Shown here piece by piece: positions 53,685-64,000 of a stretch of 64,000 nucleotides of DNA. The notes beneath the pieces are model-generated. The model was given only the letters and a program-made list of their open reading frames with translations, searched no databases and was not told the origin of the DNA. How positions within the stretch are numbered: position 1 is the first letter of the stretch; every line of letters starts with the position of its first letter. The position numbers were made by a program, and so were the translations under genes. This DNA comes from an uncultured Solirubrobacteraceae bacterium (GTDB lineage Bacteria; Actinomycetota; Thermoleophilia; Solirubrobacterales; Solirubrobacteraceae), in the NCBI GenBank assembly GCA_963831015.1, contig CAWHOM010000003.1, positions 201,704 through 265,703 on the forward strand, in the 5' to 3' direction.

Positions 53685-54412
53685 CCGGCCGGCTCCGCAG
53701 CCGCTTCAGCCACGATCGTCGCCTCCGCGGCCGCTCCGGCGGCCACCGACGCCGCTCCCACGGCCATCGACGCCGCTTCCGCCCCGACCGCCGCAGCGAA
53801 CGCGGTCAGCTTGGCGTGGTCCTTACGGCCTGGGAAGAGCTCGACGCCGCTGGCCACGTCGACCGCGTACGGATGTGCGGTCGCGATCGCCTCGGCGACA
53901 TTGTCAGGATTCAGGCCGCCGGAGAGGATCACCGGGACGCCCGCCCCGTGTGCCGCGACCAGCTCCCAGGCGAACGTCTCACCGCTGCCGCCGCGCACTC
54001 CGGTCACGAAGCTGTCGAGCAGGTGGAAGTCGGTGTGGAACGGGCCGAGCCCCTGGATGTCGGCGCGGCTGCTCACCCGCCCGGCCTTGATCACGCGGCA
54101 GCCGGTGCGGCGGGCCGCCTCGGCGCAGAAGGCGGGACCCTCGTCGCCGTGCAGCTGCAGCATCGTCAGCCCGATCTCGTCGGCGGAGCGCGTCACCTGC
54201 TCGAGGGTGGGATTGACGAACACCCCCACGATCTCCACGCTTCGGCGGTGTGCGGCTGCGATCTCGGCCGCGATTCCCACCCGGCAGCGACGCGGCGAGC
54301 CGGACCAGAGGATCACGCCCAGCGCCCAGCCGCCGGCCGCGACCGCCGCCTCGGCGTCGCCGTGGTTGGTGATGCCACAGAACTTGATCTTCGGGGGGGC
54401 GATCGAATCCAC
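53681..54412 (-). CDS. trpF: Phosphoribosylanthranilate isomerase
   Basis: KFCGIT, QLHGDE, LSGGL and DVASGVE motifs. Confidence 0.95.
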   Translation of the reverse strand: MDSIAPPKIKFCGITNHGDAEAAVAAGGWALGVILWSGSPRRCRVGIAAEIAAAHRRSVEIVGVFVNPTLEQVTRSADEIGLTMLQLHGDEGPAFCAEAARRTGCRVIKAGRVSSRADIQGLGPFHTDFHLLDSFVTGVRGGSGETFAWELVAAHGAGVPVILSGGLNPDNVAEAIATAHPYAVDVASGVELFPGRKDHAKLTAFAAAVGAEAASMAVGAASVAAGAAAEATIVAEAAAEPAG

Positions 54413-54499
54413 CCCCCCATCGTACGAACACCACAGCGCTCAGCGTGCGACCGTCCCCGTCATCGCGCCGCCGGCGCCCGCACCGTGTGGCCGTCCCGG

Positions 54500-55630
54500 T
54501 TAGCGCGCCGCCGGCGGCCGCGCGGTACGGCCGCCCAGCACGATGATCACATTCCGCAGGCGATGACGGCGGCGCAGCGTGAGGGTGAGACGCTGGCCCG
54601 GGCTGCGGGTGGTGACCAGCGCCAGCACGTCGCTGAGCGACGCCACCGCGTTGCCATCGACACGATCGATCACATCGCCGCGCCTGACCCCGGCGAGCGC
54701 CGCCGGACCGCCGCTGACGACACGGGTGACGCTGACCCCGGTGCGCGCGTTGCGCGAGACGCCACCGTCCAGGCCGATGTAGGCGACCCGCACCGGCCCG
54801 GCGTGAGCCGCCCGGGAGAGGATCTCGCCGGCGGTGTCGATCGGCACCGCAAACGCCAGCGCCTGGCCGCCGCGGACTCCGCCGGTCGGCGTCGTGAGCT
54901 GTGAGTTGATGCCGATCACCTGGCCTCCGGCGTTGAGCAGCGGAGCGCCGGAGTTACCGGCACCGATCGGCTGGTCGGTCTGGATCACGTTCTCGACCGT
55001 CTGCCCGTCGGTGGCCCGGATGCTGTGCTGCAGCGCGGAGACGATTCCGCTGGTGAGCGTGCGATCGACGCCGAATGGGTTGCCGATCGTCAGCGTGGGA
55101 TCGCCGACCCGCACATTGCTTGATTCACCGAGCTTGAGCGGCTGGACGGGCGGGAGCCCGCGCATGTCGACGTGCAGGACCGCCAGATCGGAGTCGGGAT
55201 CAACCGCGACCACCCCGGCGCGGCGGATCATCTTGCCCTCGAACTCCACCGTCACCCCCGCCGACCGGTCGGCGCCATCGACGACGTGGTAGTCGGTGAG
55301 CACGTCGCCGGCACGATCGACGAGGAATCCCGAGCCCGTGGAGGTGTCGCTCTCGTCGGCGTGGAACATGTTGAACGGGCTTGGCACCGGCGCCACCAGC
55401 TTGGCCCGTACATAAACGACCCCGGGAGCGTCGCTCTCGTAGATGTCGTGCGGAGTCAGGCCGGACTGGGCCACGCCCACCCCGGCGACGGGCTGAGAGG
55501 CCACCGGCGCCTCCTCGACGATCGTCTCCGTGTGCCCATGTCCGGTGGCGCCGACCGCCAGCAGCGCCGCGCCCACCGCCAACCCGCCGAGCACCGCCGA
55601 GAGGAAATTCGAGCGAGATCCGCGTGTCAT
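54500..55630 (-). CDS. HtrA/DegP-family S1C serine protease with PDZ domain
   Basis: GSGF, TDYHVV, DLAVL, GNPFG and GNSGAPL motifs; C-terminal PDZ. Confidence 0.9.
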   Translation of the reverse strand: MTRGSRSNFLSAVLGGLAVGAALLAVGATGHGHTETIVEEAPVASQPVAGVGVAQSGLTPHDIYESDAPGVVYVRAKLVAPVPSPFNMFHADESDTSTGSGFLVDRAGDVLTDYHVVDGADRSAGVTVEFEGKMIRRAGVVAVDPDSDLAVLHVDMRGLPPVQPLKLGESSNVRVGDPTLTIGNPFGVDRTLTSGIVSALQHSIRATDGQTVENVIQTDQPIGAGNSGAPLLNAGGQVIGINSQLTTPTGGVRGGQALAFAVPIDTAGEILSRAAHAGPVRVAYIGLDGGVSRNARTGVSVTRVVSGGPAALAGVRRGDVIDRVDGNAVASLSDVLALVTTRSPGQRLTLTLRRRHRLRNVIIVLGGRTARPPAAR

Positions 55631-55664
55631 CGACCTGAGTGTCGCCAGCCCTGCTTGAGCGAAG

Positions 55665-56456
55665 CTAAACCAGGCTGCCCGACAGCTCCCGGCAAGCAGC
55701 CTCGATGTCCGGGGCGCGCATCAGGGCCTCGCCGATCAGCACCGCGTCGACACCGGCGACGGCGAGATCCTCCAGGTCCGCGCGCGTGCGCAGGCCGGAC
55801 TCGGCGACGATTGTCGTCCCCGCCGGCACGTCGGCCAGCAGTTGGTGGGTGCGGTTGACATCGACCTTGAGCGTCGTCAGGTCGCGGTTGTTGATCCCGA
55901 TCACCTCGGCACGCAGGTCGGCGGCGATCGCCAGCTCGGCCGCGTCGTGGACCTCCACGAGCACGCCGAGGCCAAATCCCTGAGCCTGGCCGTAGAACGC
56001 GGCCAGCTGATCCGGCTCCAGGGCGGCCACGATCAGCAGGATCGCGTCGGCGCCGGCCGCCATCGACTCGACCACCTGGTAGGGGTCGACGACGAAGTCC
56101 TTGCGCAGGATCGGCAGCGACGCGGCGCCGCGCGCGCGGCGCAGGTCGTCCAGCGTGCCGCCGAACCCCACCTGTTCGGTGAGCACCGACAGCGCCGACG
56201 CCCCACCACGCTCGTAGGCGGCGACCACGTCCTCCAGCTCCAGGTCCTCGCGGATCGCGCCCGCCGACGGCGAGCGTCGCTTGTGCTCGGCGATCACCGA
56301 GAGCCCCGAACGAGTCAGGGCGGCGGCGAACGGTCGCGGCGGATCGGCGGCCGCGCGCTCGGCGGCGGCAGCCTGCACCTCGGCCAGCGGCCGCGCTGCG
56401 CGCCGGCCCTCCAGCTCGCCACGCGTACGCGCCACGATCCGGGAAAGCTCGTTCAC
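55665..56456 (-). CDS. trpC: Indole-3-glycerol phosphate synthase
   Basis: IAEHKRRSPS, LRKDF, GINNRDL and AESG motifs. Confidence 0.96.
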   Translation of the reverse strand: MNELSRIVARTRGELEGRRAARPLAEVQAAAAERAAADPPRPFAAALTRSGLSVIAEHKRRSPSAGAIREDLELEDVVAAYERGGASALSVLTEQVGFGGTLDDLRRARGAASLPILRKDFVVDPYQVVESMAAGADAILLIVAALEPDQLAAFYGQAQGFGLGVLVEVHDAAELAIAADLRAEVIGINNRDLTTLKVDVNRTHQLLADVPAGTTIVAESGLRTRADLEDLAVAGVDAVLIGEALMRAPDIEAACRELSGSLV

Positions 56457-57508
56457 GGGACGACCGTCGCGCCGGGGGCCAATCGCATGGTGGCGGCCAC
56501 GAACCGCTCCAGCGCGGCGGCGGCCGCCCCGGAGTCGACCGCCGCCTGAGCGGCCGCGACTCCCTCGGCGAGGCCCGGCGCTCCGCCGGCGGCGTAGATC
56601 GCGGCGCCGCCGTTGAGCACCGCCACATCGCGCGCCGGGCCGGCCTCGCCGGCGAAGATCCGCCGGGTGATGTCCGCGTTATGGGCCGGGTCGCCACCGG
56701 GGATCGCCTCCGCCGGCGCCGTCATCAGTCCCAGCTGCTCGGGCGAGACCTCGTACTCGGAGATGGCACCGTCGCCGGTGACCTCGAATACGCGCGTGGG
56801 AGCGCAGATGCTCAGCTCGTCGAGGCCGTCCAGGCTCGAGACGAGCAGCGCATGCTCGGTGCCCAGCAGCGCCAGCGCTCCGGCCATCGTCTCCAGATAG
56901 GCAGCGTCCGAGACCCCGATCAGCTGCCGGGTGGCCCCGGCCGGATTGGTCAGCGGCCCCAGGAAGTTGAAGATCGTGCGCACGGCGAGCTCGCTGCGCA
57001 CGGGGATCACGAAGCGGGTCGCCTGATGATGGGCGGGAGCGAACATGAAGCCGAAGCCGACCTCCTCGATGCAGCGGGCCACCGCGCCCGGACCGAGGTC
57101 GATACGGGCGCCGAGCGCCTCCAGCACGTCGGCCGAGCCCGACAGCCCGGTGGCCGAGCGGTTGCCGTGCTTGGCCACCGTGCAGCCGGCGCCGGCGGCG
57201 ATCAGCGCCGCCGTGGTGGAGACGTTGAACGTGCGCCGCCCGCCGCCGGTGCCCGCGGTATCCAGCAGGTCGCGGCGCGCGACCGCGACGGACGTGGCCA
57301 TCGCCCGCATCGTCCGCGCCAGGCCGGCCAGCTCCTGGACGGTCTCCCCCTTGGTCCGCAGCGCGATCAGGAAGGCGGCAATCTGGATCTCCGAGGCGTT
57401 GCCCCGCATGATCTCGCCCAGCACCGCGGCGGTCTGATCGGCGCTCAGGTCCTGCCTGGAGGCCAGCGCGTCGATCGAGCGGGTCAGGAGCTCGCCGTCG
57501 GCGCTCAA
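56453..57508 (-). CDS. trpD: Anthranilate phosphoribosyltransferase
   Basis: DTAGTGG, NVST, KHGNRS and GPLTNP motifs. TTG start overlaps the trpG stop. Confidence 0.95.
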   Translation of the reverse strand: MSADGELLTRSIDALASRQDLSADQTAAVLGEIMRGNASEIQIAAFLIALRTKGETVQELAGLARTMRAMATSVAVARRDLLDTAGTGGGRRTFNVSTTAALIAAGAGCTVAKHGNRSATGLSGSADVLEALGARIDLGPGAVARCIEEVGFGFMFAPAHHQATRFVIPVRSELAVRTIFNFLGPLTNPAGATRQLIGVSDAAYLETMAGALALLGTEHALLVSSLDGLDELSICAPTRVFEVTGDGAISEYEVSPEQLGLMTAPAEAIPGGDPAHNADITRRIFAGEAGPARDVAVLNGGAAIYAAGGAPGLAEGVAAAQAAVDSGAAAAALERFVAATMRLAPGATVVP

Positions 57509-58080
57509 ACCGCCTCCGCCAGGAAGTTGGCCAGCAACTCCCGGCCCTGCTCGGTGAGCACCGACTCGGGGTGGAACTGAACGCCTTCGGCGGGCAGTTC
57601 GCGATGGCGCACCGCCATCACGATGCCATCGGCGACCGCGCTGCGTTCCAGCACGTCGGGCAGTTCGGGCGAGGCGATCAGCGAGTGGTAGCGGCCCACC
57701 TGCAGCGAGGGGCGCAGGCCGCGGAAGATCGTGCGGCCGTCGTGCTCGATCGTCGTGGTCTTGCCGTGCACCGGCCGATGGGTGACCACCTTGCCGCCCC
57801 ACGCCTGGACCAGCGCCTGGTGGCCGAGGCACACCCCCAGCGTGGGAATCCGGGCCTCCGGAAAGCGCCGCACCGCCTCCAGCGAGATGCCCGCCTCGTT
57901 GGGGGTGCACGGGCCAGGAGACACGATCACCCGGTCATAGCCGCGCACGAGCAGGTCGTCGATCGTCGCCCGATCGTTGCGCACCACCTCGATCTCGTGC
58001 GGCGGATCAGACAGCTCGCCCACGTACTGGACGAGGTTGTAGGTGAAGCTGTCGTAGTTGTCGAGGACGAGGACGCGCAT
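57505..58080 (-). CDS. trpG: Anthranilate synthase component II
   Basis: DNYDSFTYNL, SPGP, GVCLGHQ and QFHPES motifs. Confidence 0.95.
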   Translation of the reverse strand: MRVLVLDNYDSFTYNLVQYVGELSDPPHEIEVVRNDRATIDDLLVRGYDRVIVSPGPCTPNEAGISLEAVRRFPEARIPTLGVCLGHQALVQAWGGKVVTHRPVHGKTTTIEHDGRTIFRGLRPSLQVGRYHSLIASPELPDVLERSAVADGIVMAVRHRELPAEGVQFHPESVLTEQGRELLANFLAEAV

Positions 58081-59561
58081 CACGCCCACTCCGGCTGGGC
58101 AACCGCCAGCTCGATCGCCTGCATCACGGCCCGGGACTTGGCCACCGACTCCTCGAACTCGTTTGCCGGCTTGGCGTCGGCCACGGTCCCGCCCCCGGCC
58201 TGGACATGGGCGACGCCGTCCTTGACGACGACGGTTCGGATGTGGATGCAGGTATCCAGCTCGCCCGTGTAGCTGACCCAGCCGATGGCGCCGCCGTAGC
58301 CCCCGCGCTTGACCGGCTCCAGCTCGTCGATGATCTGCATCGCGCGGACCTTGGGCGCGCCCGAGAGCGTGCCGGCCGGCAGCACCGAGCGCAGCGCGTC
58401 CAGCGGCCCCACCCCGGGTCGGAGCTCGCCCGTGACGCTGGAGACGATGTGCATCACGTGGCTGTAGTTCTCGACGGCCATGAAGCTCTCCACCTGCACC
58501 GAGCCGTACTGGCAGACGCGGCCCAGGTCGTTGCGGCCGAGGTCGACGAGCATCACGTGCTCGGCGCGCTCCTTCTCGTCGGCCAGCAGCTCCTGCGCCA
58601 TCCGCTGGTCCTCGTCGACGGTCGCGCCCCGCGGGCGGGTGCCCGCGATCGGACGGGTGGCCACCCTGCGGCCGGCCACGGTGATCAGCGGCTCGGGGCT
58701 GGCGCCGGCGATCTCGAAGTCGCCGAAGTCCAGGAAGTACATGTACGGGCTCGGGTTGACCGCTCGCAGGCCGCGGTAGATCGAGAACGCCTCGATCGGC
58801 ACGGGCGCCGACCAGCGCTGGGAGGGCACCACCTGGAACGCGTCGCCGGCGTAGACGTACTCGATGATCCGGGCCACCATCGCCTCGAAGGTCTCCCGAG
58901 ACATGTTGGATTGAAACTCGGGGGCGACGCGACCCTGGGCCGGCCGGTGCGGCGGACGCGGAACCGGGCCGTCCAGCCGCCAGCGCACCTCGGCGATCGT
59001 GTCGGCCGCGCGCGCGTAGGCCGACTCGATCTCGTCCTCGGCACCGACGTACACGTTGGCGATCACGGTGACGGTGTGCTTCAGGTGGTCGAAGACGACC
59101 AGCGCATCGGTCATCATCAGCGCCAGGTCCGGTACCCCGATCGGATCGGGGTTGGGCTCGCCGAGCGGCTCGACCGTTCGCACCAGGTCATAGGCGAATA
59201 CGCCGACGGCTCCGCCGGCAAACGGCGGCAGGCCCTCCAGCGTGGGCACGCGGAAGCGGCCCAGCTCGGCAGCGGCGAGCTGGTAGGGGTCGCCGGGATC
59301 GCCCAGCGACCAGCGCAGCACGGTGCGGGGTCGCCAGCCGATGAACGAGTACCGGCCCACGCGTCCCTGGTCGGCCGATTCCAGGAGAAAGGAACCCCGC
59401 CCACCCACGTCGCGCAGCTTGAGGAAGGCCGAGACCGGCGTCTGGCAGTCGTCGATGAACGTCTGGTGAAGCGGGATCAGGTTGTGGTCGCGGGCCAGCT
59501 CACGCACCACCGCCAGGGAAGGCGAAGGCGCCGCGTGCGTCTCAGCGCTGGCGACGGCCAT
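58080..59561 (-). CDS. trpE: Anthranilate synthase component I
   Basis: [32 protein letters not shown] and GAPK motifs. Confidence 0.96.
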   Translation of the reverse strand: MAVASAETHAAPSPSLAVVRELARDHNLIPLHQTFIDDCQTPVSAFLKLRDVGGRGSFLLESADQGRVGRYSFIGWRPRTVLRWSLGDPGDPYQLAAAELGRFRVPTLEGLPPFAGGAVGVFAYDLVRTVEPLGEPNPDPIGVPDLALMMTDALVVFDHLKHTVTVIANVYVGAEDEIESAYARAADTIAEVRWRLDGPVPRPPHRPAQGRVAPEFQSNMSRETFEAMVARIIEYVYAGDAFQVVPSQRWSAPVPIEAFSIYRGLRAVNPSPYMYFLDFGDFEIAGASPEPLITVAGRRVATRPIAGTRPRGATVDEDQRMAQELLADEKERAEHVMLVDLGRNDLGRVCQYGSVQVESFMAVENYSHVMHIVSSVTGELRPGVGPLDALRSVLPAGTLSGAPKVRAMQIIDELEPVKRGGYGGAIGWVSYTGELDTCIHIRTVVVKDGVAHVQAGGGTVADAKPANEFEESVAKSRAVMQAIELAVAQPEWA

Positions 59562-60150
59562 CCAGGACCCGCTCGGCGTCGGCCAGCGTCAGCTCCCGGC
59601 CGGTCAGGAGAACGGTCAGGTGGTAAAGAACGTCGGCGGCCTCCTCGGCCACGCGCTCGTCGGATTCCTCGCGCACGGCGCGCACCACCTCCTCGGCTTC
59701 CTCCTGGACCTTGGCGCCGGCCAGTGTCGGATCGTCGAGCAGCGTCGTCGTGTAGGAGCCTGCGGGGCGCTGCGCCGCGCGGGAGGCGATCGTGCGTTCC
59801 AAGCTTGGCAGCGTCTCGTAGGGCGCCCAGGACTCAAGGTCGCCCCGGTGAAAGCAGGTTCGCTCGCCGGTGTGGCAGGCCGGACCGGTCGGCTCCACCA
59901 GCGCCACCAGGGCGTCGCCGTCGCAGTCGTAGCGAATCGCTCTGACCGCCTGCGTGTTCCCCGAGGTGGCCCCCTTGTGCCACAGCTCCTGGCGGGAGCG
60001 GCTGTAGAAGTGGATCTCCCCCGTCTCACGGGTTCGGCGCAGCGCTTCGGCGTTCATGTAGGCCAGCGTCAGCACCTCGCCGGTGCGCCAGTCCTGGGCG
60101 ATGCAGGGAACGAGGCCGCGCTCGTCGTACGCGATATCGGAGTCGTCCAC
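59542..60150 (-). CDS. hisIE: Bifunctional phosphoribosyl-AMP cyclohydrolase / phosphoribosyl-ATP pyrophosphatase
   Basis: [39 protein letters not shown] and EAADVLYH motifs. Confidence 0.95.
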   Translation of the reverse strand: MDDSDIAYDERGLVPCIAQDWRTGEVLTLAYMNAEALRRTRETGEIHFYSRSRQELWHKGATSGNTQAVRAIRYDCDGDALVALVEPTGPACHTGERTCFHRGDLESWAPYETLPSLERTIASRAAQRPAGSYTTTLLDDPTLAGAKVQEEAEEVVRAVREESDERVAEEAADVLYHLTVLLTGRELTLADAERVLDGRRQR

Positions 60151-60182
60151 CCCTCCGATTCTAGGGCCGGGCGGCCCGCGAC

Positions 60183-62321
60183 CTAGACCGGCGAGCCGAG
60201 CGCGACGATCTCCGAGGGCGACCAGCCCTCCAGCAGAACACGGGTGTCCGCCGCGCTCAGCGCCTTGGAGAACAGATAGCCCTGGCCGAACTCGCAACCG
60301 AGCGAGCGCAGCCGGCGTAGCTGGTCGGGAGCCTCGATGCCCTCGGCGATCACGGGCAGTCCCAGCGAATGCGCCAGGGCGACCGTCGAGCGCACGATCA
60401 CGTCGTTGCTCTCCTGCCCGTCGCAGGAGATCGTGGAGACGAAGCTGCGATCGATCTTGAGCGCGTCCACCGGGAAGCGGTGCAGAGCCGTCAGCGAGGA
60501 GTAGCCGGTCCCGAAGTCGTCCAGATGCAGGCCGACGCCCGAGCCGCACACCTCGGAGAAGACGTGTTGGGTGCGCTCGATCTCCTGCATCAGCGTGCTC
60601 TCGGTGATCTCGAGCTTGAGCGCCTGCGGCGGCAGCTCGGCCAGGTTGATCGCGGTGCGGACCTGCTCGGCGAGACCCGGGTCGTCGAGCTGGCGACCCG
60701 ACAGGTTGACGCTCATGCAGACCTCGTCGGAGACGAGTCCCTCGGCTCGCCAGCCGGCCAGCGTCAACAGCGCCCGACGCAGCACCTGCTGGCCCAGCTC
60801 TCCGATCACGCCGGTCTCCTCGGCGATCGTGATGAACTCGGCGGGCGACACGTGCGGCCAGTCCGCGGGCCAGCGCGCCAGCGCCTCCAGGCCGCAGATG
60901 TTGCCGCTGGCGAGGTCGATGATCGGCTGGTAGTGGATCCCCAGCAGCGAGCATTCCACGACCTGGCGAAGCTCGGTCTCGCGGGCGAGCCGGTCGACCA
61001 CCCGCCGGTGCATGCTCTCGTCGAACACCGCGCTGCGCGAGCGGCCGCGCCGCTTGGCGTCGTACATGGCGATGTCGGCGTTGCGCATCAGGTCGGCCGA
61101 CCCCAGACCGGGCGAGCTCAGCGAGATGCCGATGCTGGCGCTCACGAACAGCTCGTTGCCGTCGATCTCGAACGCGTCGTCGAGCGAGTGCAGGATCCGG
61201 TCGGCGACGACGGTGGCATCCTCGGGCGCGACTACGTCCTCCAGCAGCACGGTGAACTCGTCGCCACCCATGCGGGCGACCGTGTCGCCGGGGCGCAGCG
61301 CGGCCGCCACCCGGCCGGCGAGCGCGATCAGCAGGTTGTCGCCGACCGCGTGACTGAGGCTGTCGTTGACCAGCTTGAAGCGGTCGATGTCCAAGAACAG
61401 CACCGCACAGCCGGTCTGCGGGTCGCGGATCGCCCGCTGCAGGATCTGGTTGACGCGGTCCATGAACAGCGTGCGGTTGGGAAGTCCCGTGAGCGTGTCG
61501 TGCAGCGCGTCGTGCTGCAGGCGCAGCTGCGCGATCCGCCGATCGGTGATGTCCGACAGCGAGCCGGCCATCCGCGTGGGCCGACCGTCGACCCCTCGGA
61601 TCGCCAGCCCGCGGGTCATCACCCAGCGCCACGTGCCGTCGGCGTGGCGCATGCGGTGCTCGGACTGCAGGTGGGGGGTGCGACCGTCCAGATGGGCCTC
61701 GATCGCCCCGCGCAGCCGCAGCACGTCTCCGGAATGCACCAGGTGAAACCAGGTGGCGGGATCCTCGTCGGCAGAATCGACCCCGCCCGCCCGGCCCAGG
61801 ATCGCCTGCCAGCGCGGCGAGAAGTAGATCCGTCCGGTCTCGAGATTCCAGTCCCAGATACCGTCGTTGGCGGCGCGTACCGCCAGGGAGTAGCGCTCCT
61901 CGGACAACACCCGTTCGCGGATTGCCTTCTGGTGGCTGATCGCATAGCGGATCGAGCGTTCCAGGATCTGCGGATCGAGCTTCTGCTTGACCAGATAGTC
62001 GGTCACGCCGAGCGCTGTGGCCTCCAGGTCCATCTCGTAGGTGGCCTCGCCGGTGAGCATGATCACCGGCGCATACGGACGTGTCGCGAAGCCGTCGCGG
62101 ACCAGGTCCAGCCCGGTGTGCTCCCCCAGCCGGTAGTCGATCAGGTAGACGTCGTGGTTGCCCTCGCGGATCGCCTGCAGGCTCTCGCGGTACTGCGAGC
62201 GCCAGTCGACCGTGAACCGGACTCGCTCCTGGCGGGCGAGCATGTCCCGGGTGATCAGGTAATCGTCCTCATCGTCCTCGACGAGAAGCACACGCAAAGT
62301 GTCAAGCGGCGGCGTGCCCAC
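60183..62321 (-). CDS. REC-PAS-GGDEF-EAL signalling protein
   Basis: LLVEDDEDD receiver domain, PAS (GIWDW...HRMRHADG), GGDEF, EALARW and [10 protein letters not shown] motifs. Start uncertain. Confidence 0.93.
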   Translation of the reverse strand: MGTPPLDTLRVLLVEDDEDDYLITRDMLARQERVRFTVDWRSQYRESLQAIREGNHDVYLIDYRLGEHTGLDLVRDGFATRPYAPVIMLTGEATYEMDLEATALGVTDYLVKQKLDPQILERSIRYAISHQKAIRERVLSEERYSLAVRAANDGIWDWNLETGRIYFSPRWQAILGRAGGVDSADEDPATWFHLVHSGDVLRLRGAIEAHLDGRTPHLQSEHRMRHADGTWRWVMTRGLAIRGVDGRPTRMAGSLSDITDRRIAQLRLQHDALHDTLTGLPNRTLFMDRVNQILQRAIRDPQTGCAVLFLDIDRFKLVNDSLSHAVGDNLLIALAGRVAAALRPGDTVARMGGDEFTVLLEDVVAPEDATVVADRILHSLDDAFEIDGNELFVSASIGISLSSPGLGSADLMRNADIAMYDAKRRGRSRSAVFDESMHRRVVDRLARETELRQVVECSLLGIHYQPIIDLASGNICGLEALARWPADWPHVSPAEFITIAEETGVIGELGQQVLRRALLTLAGWRAEGLVSDEVCMSVNLSGRQLDDPGLAEQVRTAINLAELPPQALKLEITESTLMQEIERTQHVFSEVCGSGVGLHLDDFGTGYSSLTALHRFPVDALKIDRSFVSTISCDGQESNDVIVRSTVALAHSLGLPVIAEGIEAPDQLRRLRSLGCEFGQGYLFSKALSAADTRVLLEGWSPSEIVALGSPV

Positions 62322-62781
62322 TGGGGTCTCCGTTCGGGAGCTCGACGATCTCAAACCAGTACTGCGTCCATGTCCTCATCACATCGACCAGGCCACCGAA
62401 CGTCACCGGCTTGGTGATGAACGAGCTGACGCCGAGGTCGTAGGTGCTCAGCACGTCGGCCTCGTCCTTTGAGGTGGTCAGCACCACGACCGGGATCCGC
62501 CGCAGCGACTCGTCGGCCTTGATCTCGGCGAGCGCCTCGCGCCCGTCCATCTTGGGCATGTTCAGATCCAGCAGGATGATTCCCGGACGGGGCGCCTCCT
62601 CGACGGTCCAGCGCCCTTCATGACGCAGGTAGTCCAGAAGGTCCTGTCCGTCCACCACGAACTTCATCTCGTTGGCCAGGCGGGCGTCCTGCAGAGCGTC
62701 GCGCGCCAGCTCGCGGTCCTCCTCGTCGTCGTCGGCGAGCAGGATCGTGAACGGTCGGGTGGGGACTTCAGACTGTGACAT
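62302..62781 (-). CDS. Single-domain response regulator (Rcp1/CphB-like)
   Basis: ILLADDD, LLDLNMPKMDG, VLTTS and KP...YW motifs. Confidence 0.92.
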   Translation of the reverse strand: MSQSEVPTRPFTILLADDDEEDRELARDALQDARLANEMKFVVDGQDLLDYLRHEGRWTVEEAPRPGIILLDLNMPKMDGREALAEIKADESLRRIPVVVLTTSKDEADVLSTYDLGVSSFITKPVTFGGLVDVMRTWTQYWFEIVELPNGDPSGHAAA

Positions 62782-64000
62782 ACGGCTCCCCGGAACCGGC
62801 CGGCGCGGACTCGACGTTCTCGGGCTGCGGCGAGTCCGAAACCGCCTCCGTGCGCTGCGTCTGCATGGTCACCGTGAAGGTCGAGCCCTCGTCCGGAACG
62901 CTGCGGGCCACGATCGTCCCACCGTGGCGCTCGGCGATCTTGCGGCACAGCGCCAGACCGATACCGGTGCCCGGGTAGGTCCCGCGCCCGTGCAGGCGCT
63001 CGAACACGCGGAAGATCCGCCGGCTGTACTGCGGGTCAAACCCGATCCCGTTGTCGCGCACCTCGATGGACACCCAGTCCGATTCGACCTTTGAGTCCAC
63101 GTACACCTCGGGGGTGACGCCCTCGCGCCGGAACTTGACCGCGTTGGAGATCAGATTCTGCAGCAACTGACGCATCTGGGGCGCGTCGGCGCTGATCGTG
63201 GGCAGGCTCCCGACGCGGACGATCGCTCCCGTGCCGTTGATCTGCTCGGACAGATCCTCCAGCACGTCCTCGGTGACGCGCCGGAGGTCCACCGCGGCGA
63301 AGGGGCGTCCCTGGGTCGAGACCCGCGAGTAGCGCAACAGGTCCTCGATCAGCGTCTGCATCCGCTCCGCCGACGCATTGGCACGACGCAGGTAGTCCAG
63401 TCCGCGCTCGGACAGCGCGTCGGCCTCGGTCTCGGAGATTCGCTCGGTGAACGTCCGGACCTTGCGCAGAGGCTCCTGGAGGTCATGGGAGGCGATCGAC
63501 GCGAACTGATCGAGCTCGGCGTTGGAGCGCACCAACTCCCTCGCCTGGCGCTCCAGCTCCTCGTTTGAGCGCTCCAGCGCGCGGTTGGAGTCGGCCAGCT
63601 CGACGTTGACCTCCTCGAGAGTCACCTTGGCATCGGCGAGCTCCACGTTGGCGCCGGTGAGTTGCTCGTTGGCCTCGCGAACGCGCTCGGCGTCGCTGAT
63701 CGCGCGGCGCACGAGCAGCAGCGCGCCGATCGCCACCAAGCCGAAGGCGATGAAGATGAACCACGGCAGCCACTTCCGGATTCCCGAGACGCTGGCGAAC
63801 AGCGCCCCTTCAGGAGCCGAGAGGAAGATCCGCCAGCTCGTGTTCGGCAACGTCACCTGGTCGTAGTACCGCCCCTGGACCACGCCCGACGGGGTCGTCA
63901 GGGCGTGCAGCTGGACCGGAGTGTGCAGTCTGTAGCCTGCGGGCCGAGCCGGATTGGTCGAGGCGATGAACACCCCGTTGCCGTCGACCACCGAGTTGTA
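62768..64000 (-). CDS. Membrane sensor histidine kinase, 5'-truncated by the window edge
   Basis: TM helix, coiled coil, ASHDLQEPLR H-box, NLISNAVK, DNGIG and GTGIGL motifs. Confidence 0.93.
   Translation of the reverse strand, partial: YNSVVDGNGVFIASTNPARPAGYRLHTPVQLHALTTPSGVVQGRYYDQVTLPNTSWRIFLSAPEGALFASVSGIRKWLPWFIFIAFGLVAIGALLLVRRAISDAERVREANEQLTGANVELADAKVTLEEVNVELADSNRALERSNEELERQARELVRSNAELDQFASIASHDLQEPLRKVRTFTERISETEADALSERGLDYLRRANASAERMQTLIEDLLRYSRVSTQGRPFAAVDLRRVTEDVLEDLSEQINGTGAIVRVGSLPTISADAPQMRQLLQNLISNAVKFRREGVTPEVYVDSKVESDWVSIEVRDNGIGFDPQYSRRIFRVFERLHGRGTYPGTGIGLALCRKIAERHGGTIVARSVPDEGSTFTVTMQTQRTEAVSDSPQPENVESAPAGSGEPYVTV

Noticed and set aside
54500-55630. HtrA protease inside the trp cluster as a functional link
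   Set aside because: trpF has its own -10 box downstream, so this is probably just gene order. There is no evidence of functional coupling.
60183-64000. Phytochrome-like kinase/Rcp1/GGDEF-EAL locus as a light-sensing system
   Set aside because: The kinase has a TM helix and an extracellular-type region rather than a visible PAS-GAF-PHY module. This three-gene architecture is common.

Overview
A high-GC chromosomal window. Gene content and order (rpsA-coaE-SLT-uvrB, hisIE-trp, rex-ybdK-hppA, GAAC-N4-GTTC SOS box) point to an Actinomycetota genome, probably Thermoleophilia/Solirubrobacterales; this taxonomy is an inference. Most of the window is housekeeping: tsaEB-rimI-tsaD, a pan operon, uvrA/uvrB, polA, rpsA, coaE, malic enzyme, a Liv-type ABC transporter with three tandem binding proteins, hisIE-trpEGDC-htrA-trpFBA, two c-di-GMP signalling loci and tRNA-Gln(CTG). 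No integrase, transposase, prophage or CRISPR array is visible. About eight single-base frameshifts in otherwise intact genes look like sequencing/assembly indels. They create false fusions (UvrA-acyltransferase, PanG-PanC-PanD). The most interesting signals are: (i) a DpgC-type cofactor-free dioxygenase paired with a phenylacetate-CoA ligase beside homoprotocatechuate-pathway genes, suggesting an undescribed arylacetate catabolic route; (ii) a stand-alone AbiEi/DUF559 nuclease gene preceded by a ~100-nt nested hairpin abutting its start codon; (iii) structured 5' leaders of the pan operon and hppA; (iv) pervasive TANNNT boxes 6-9 nt before start codons, i.e. leaderless genes.
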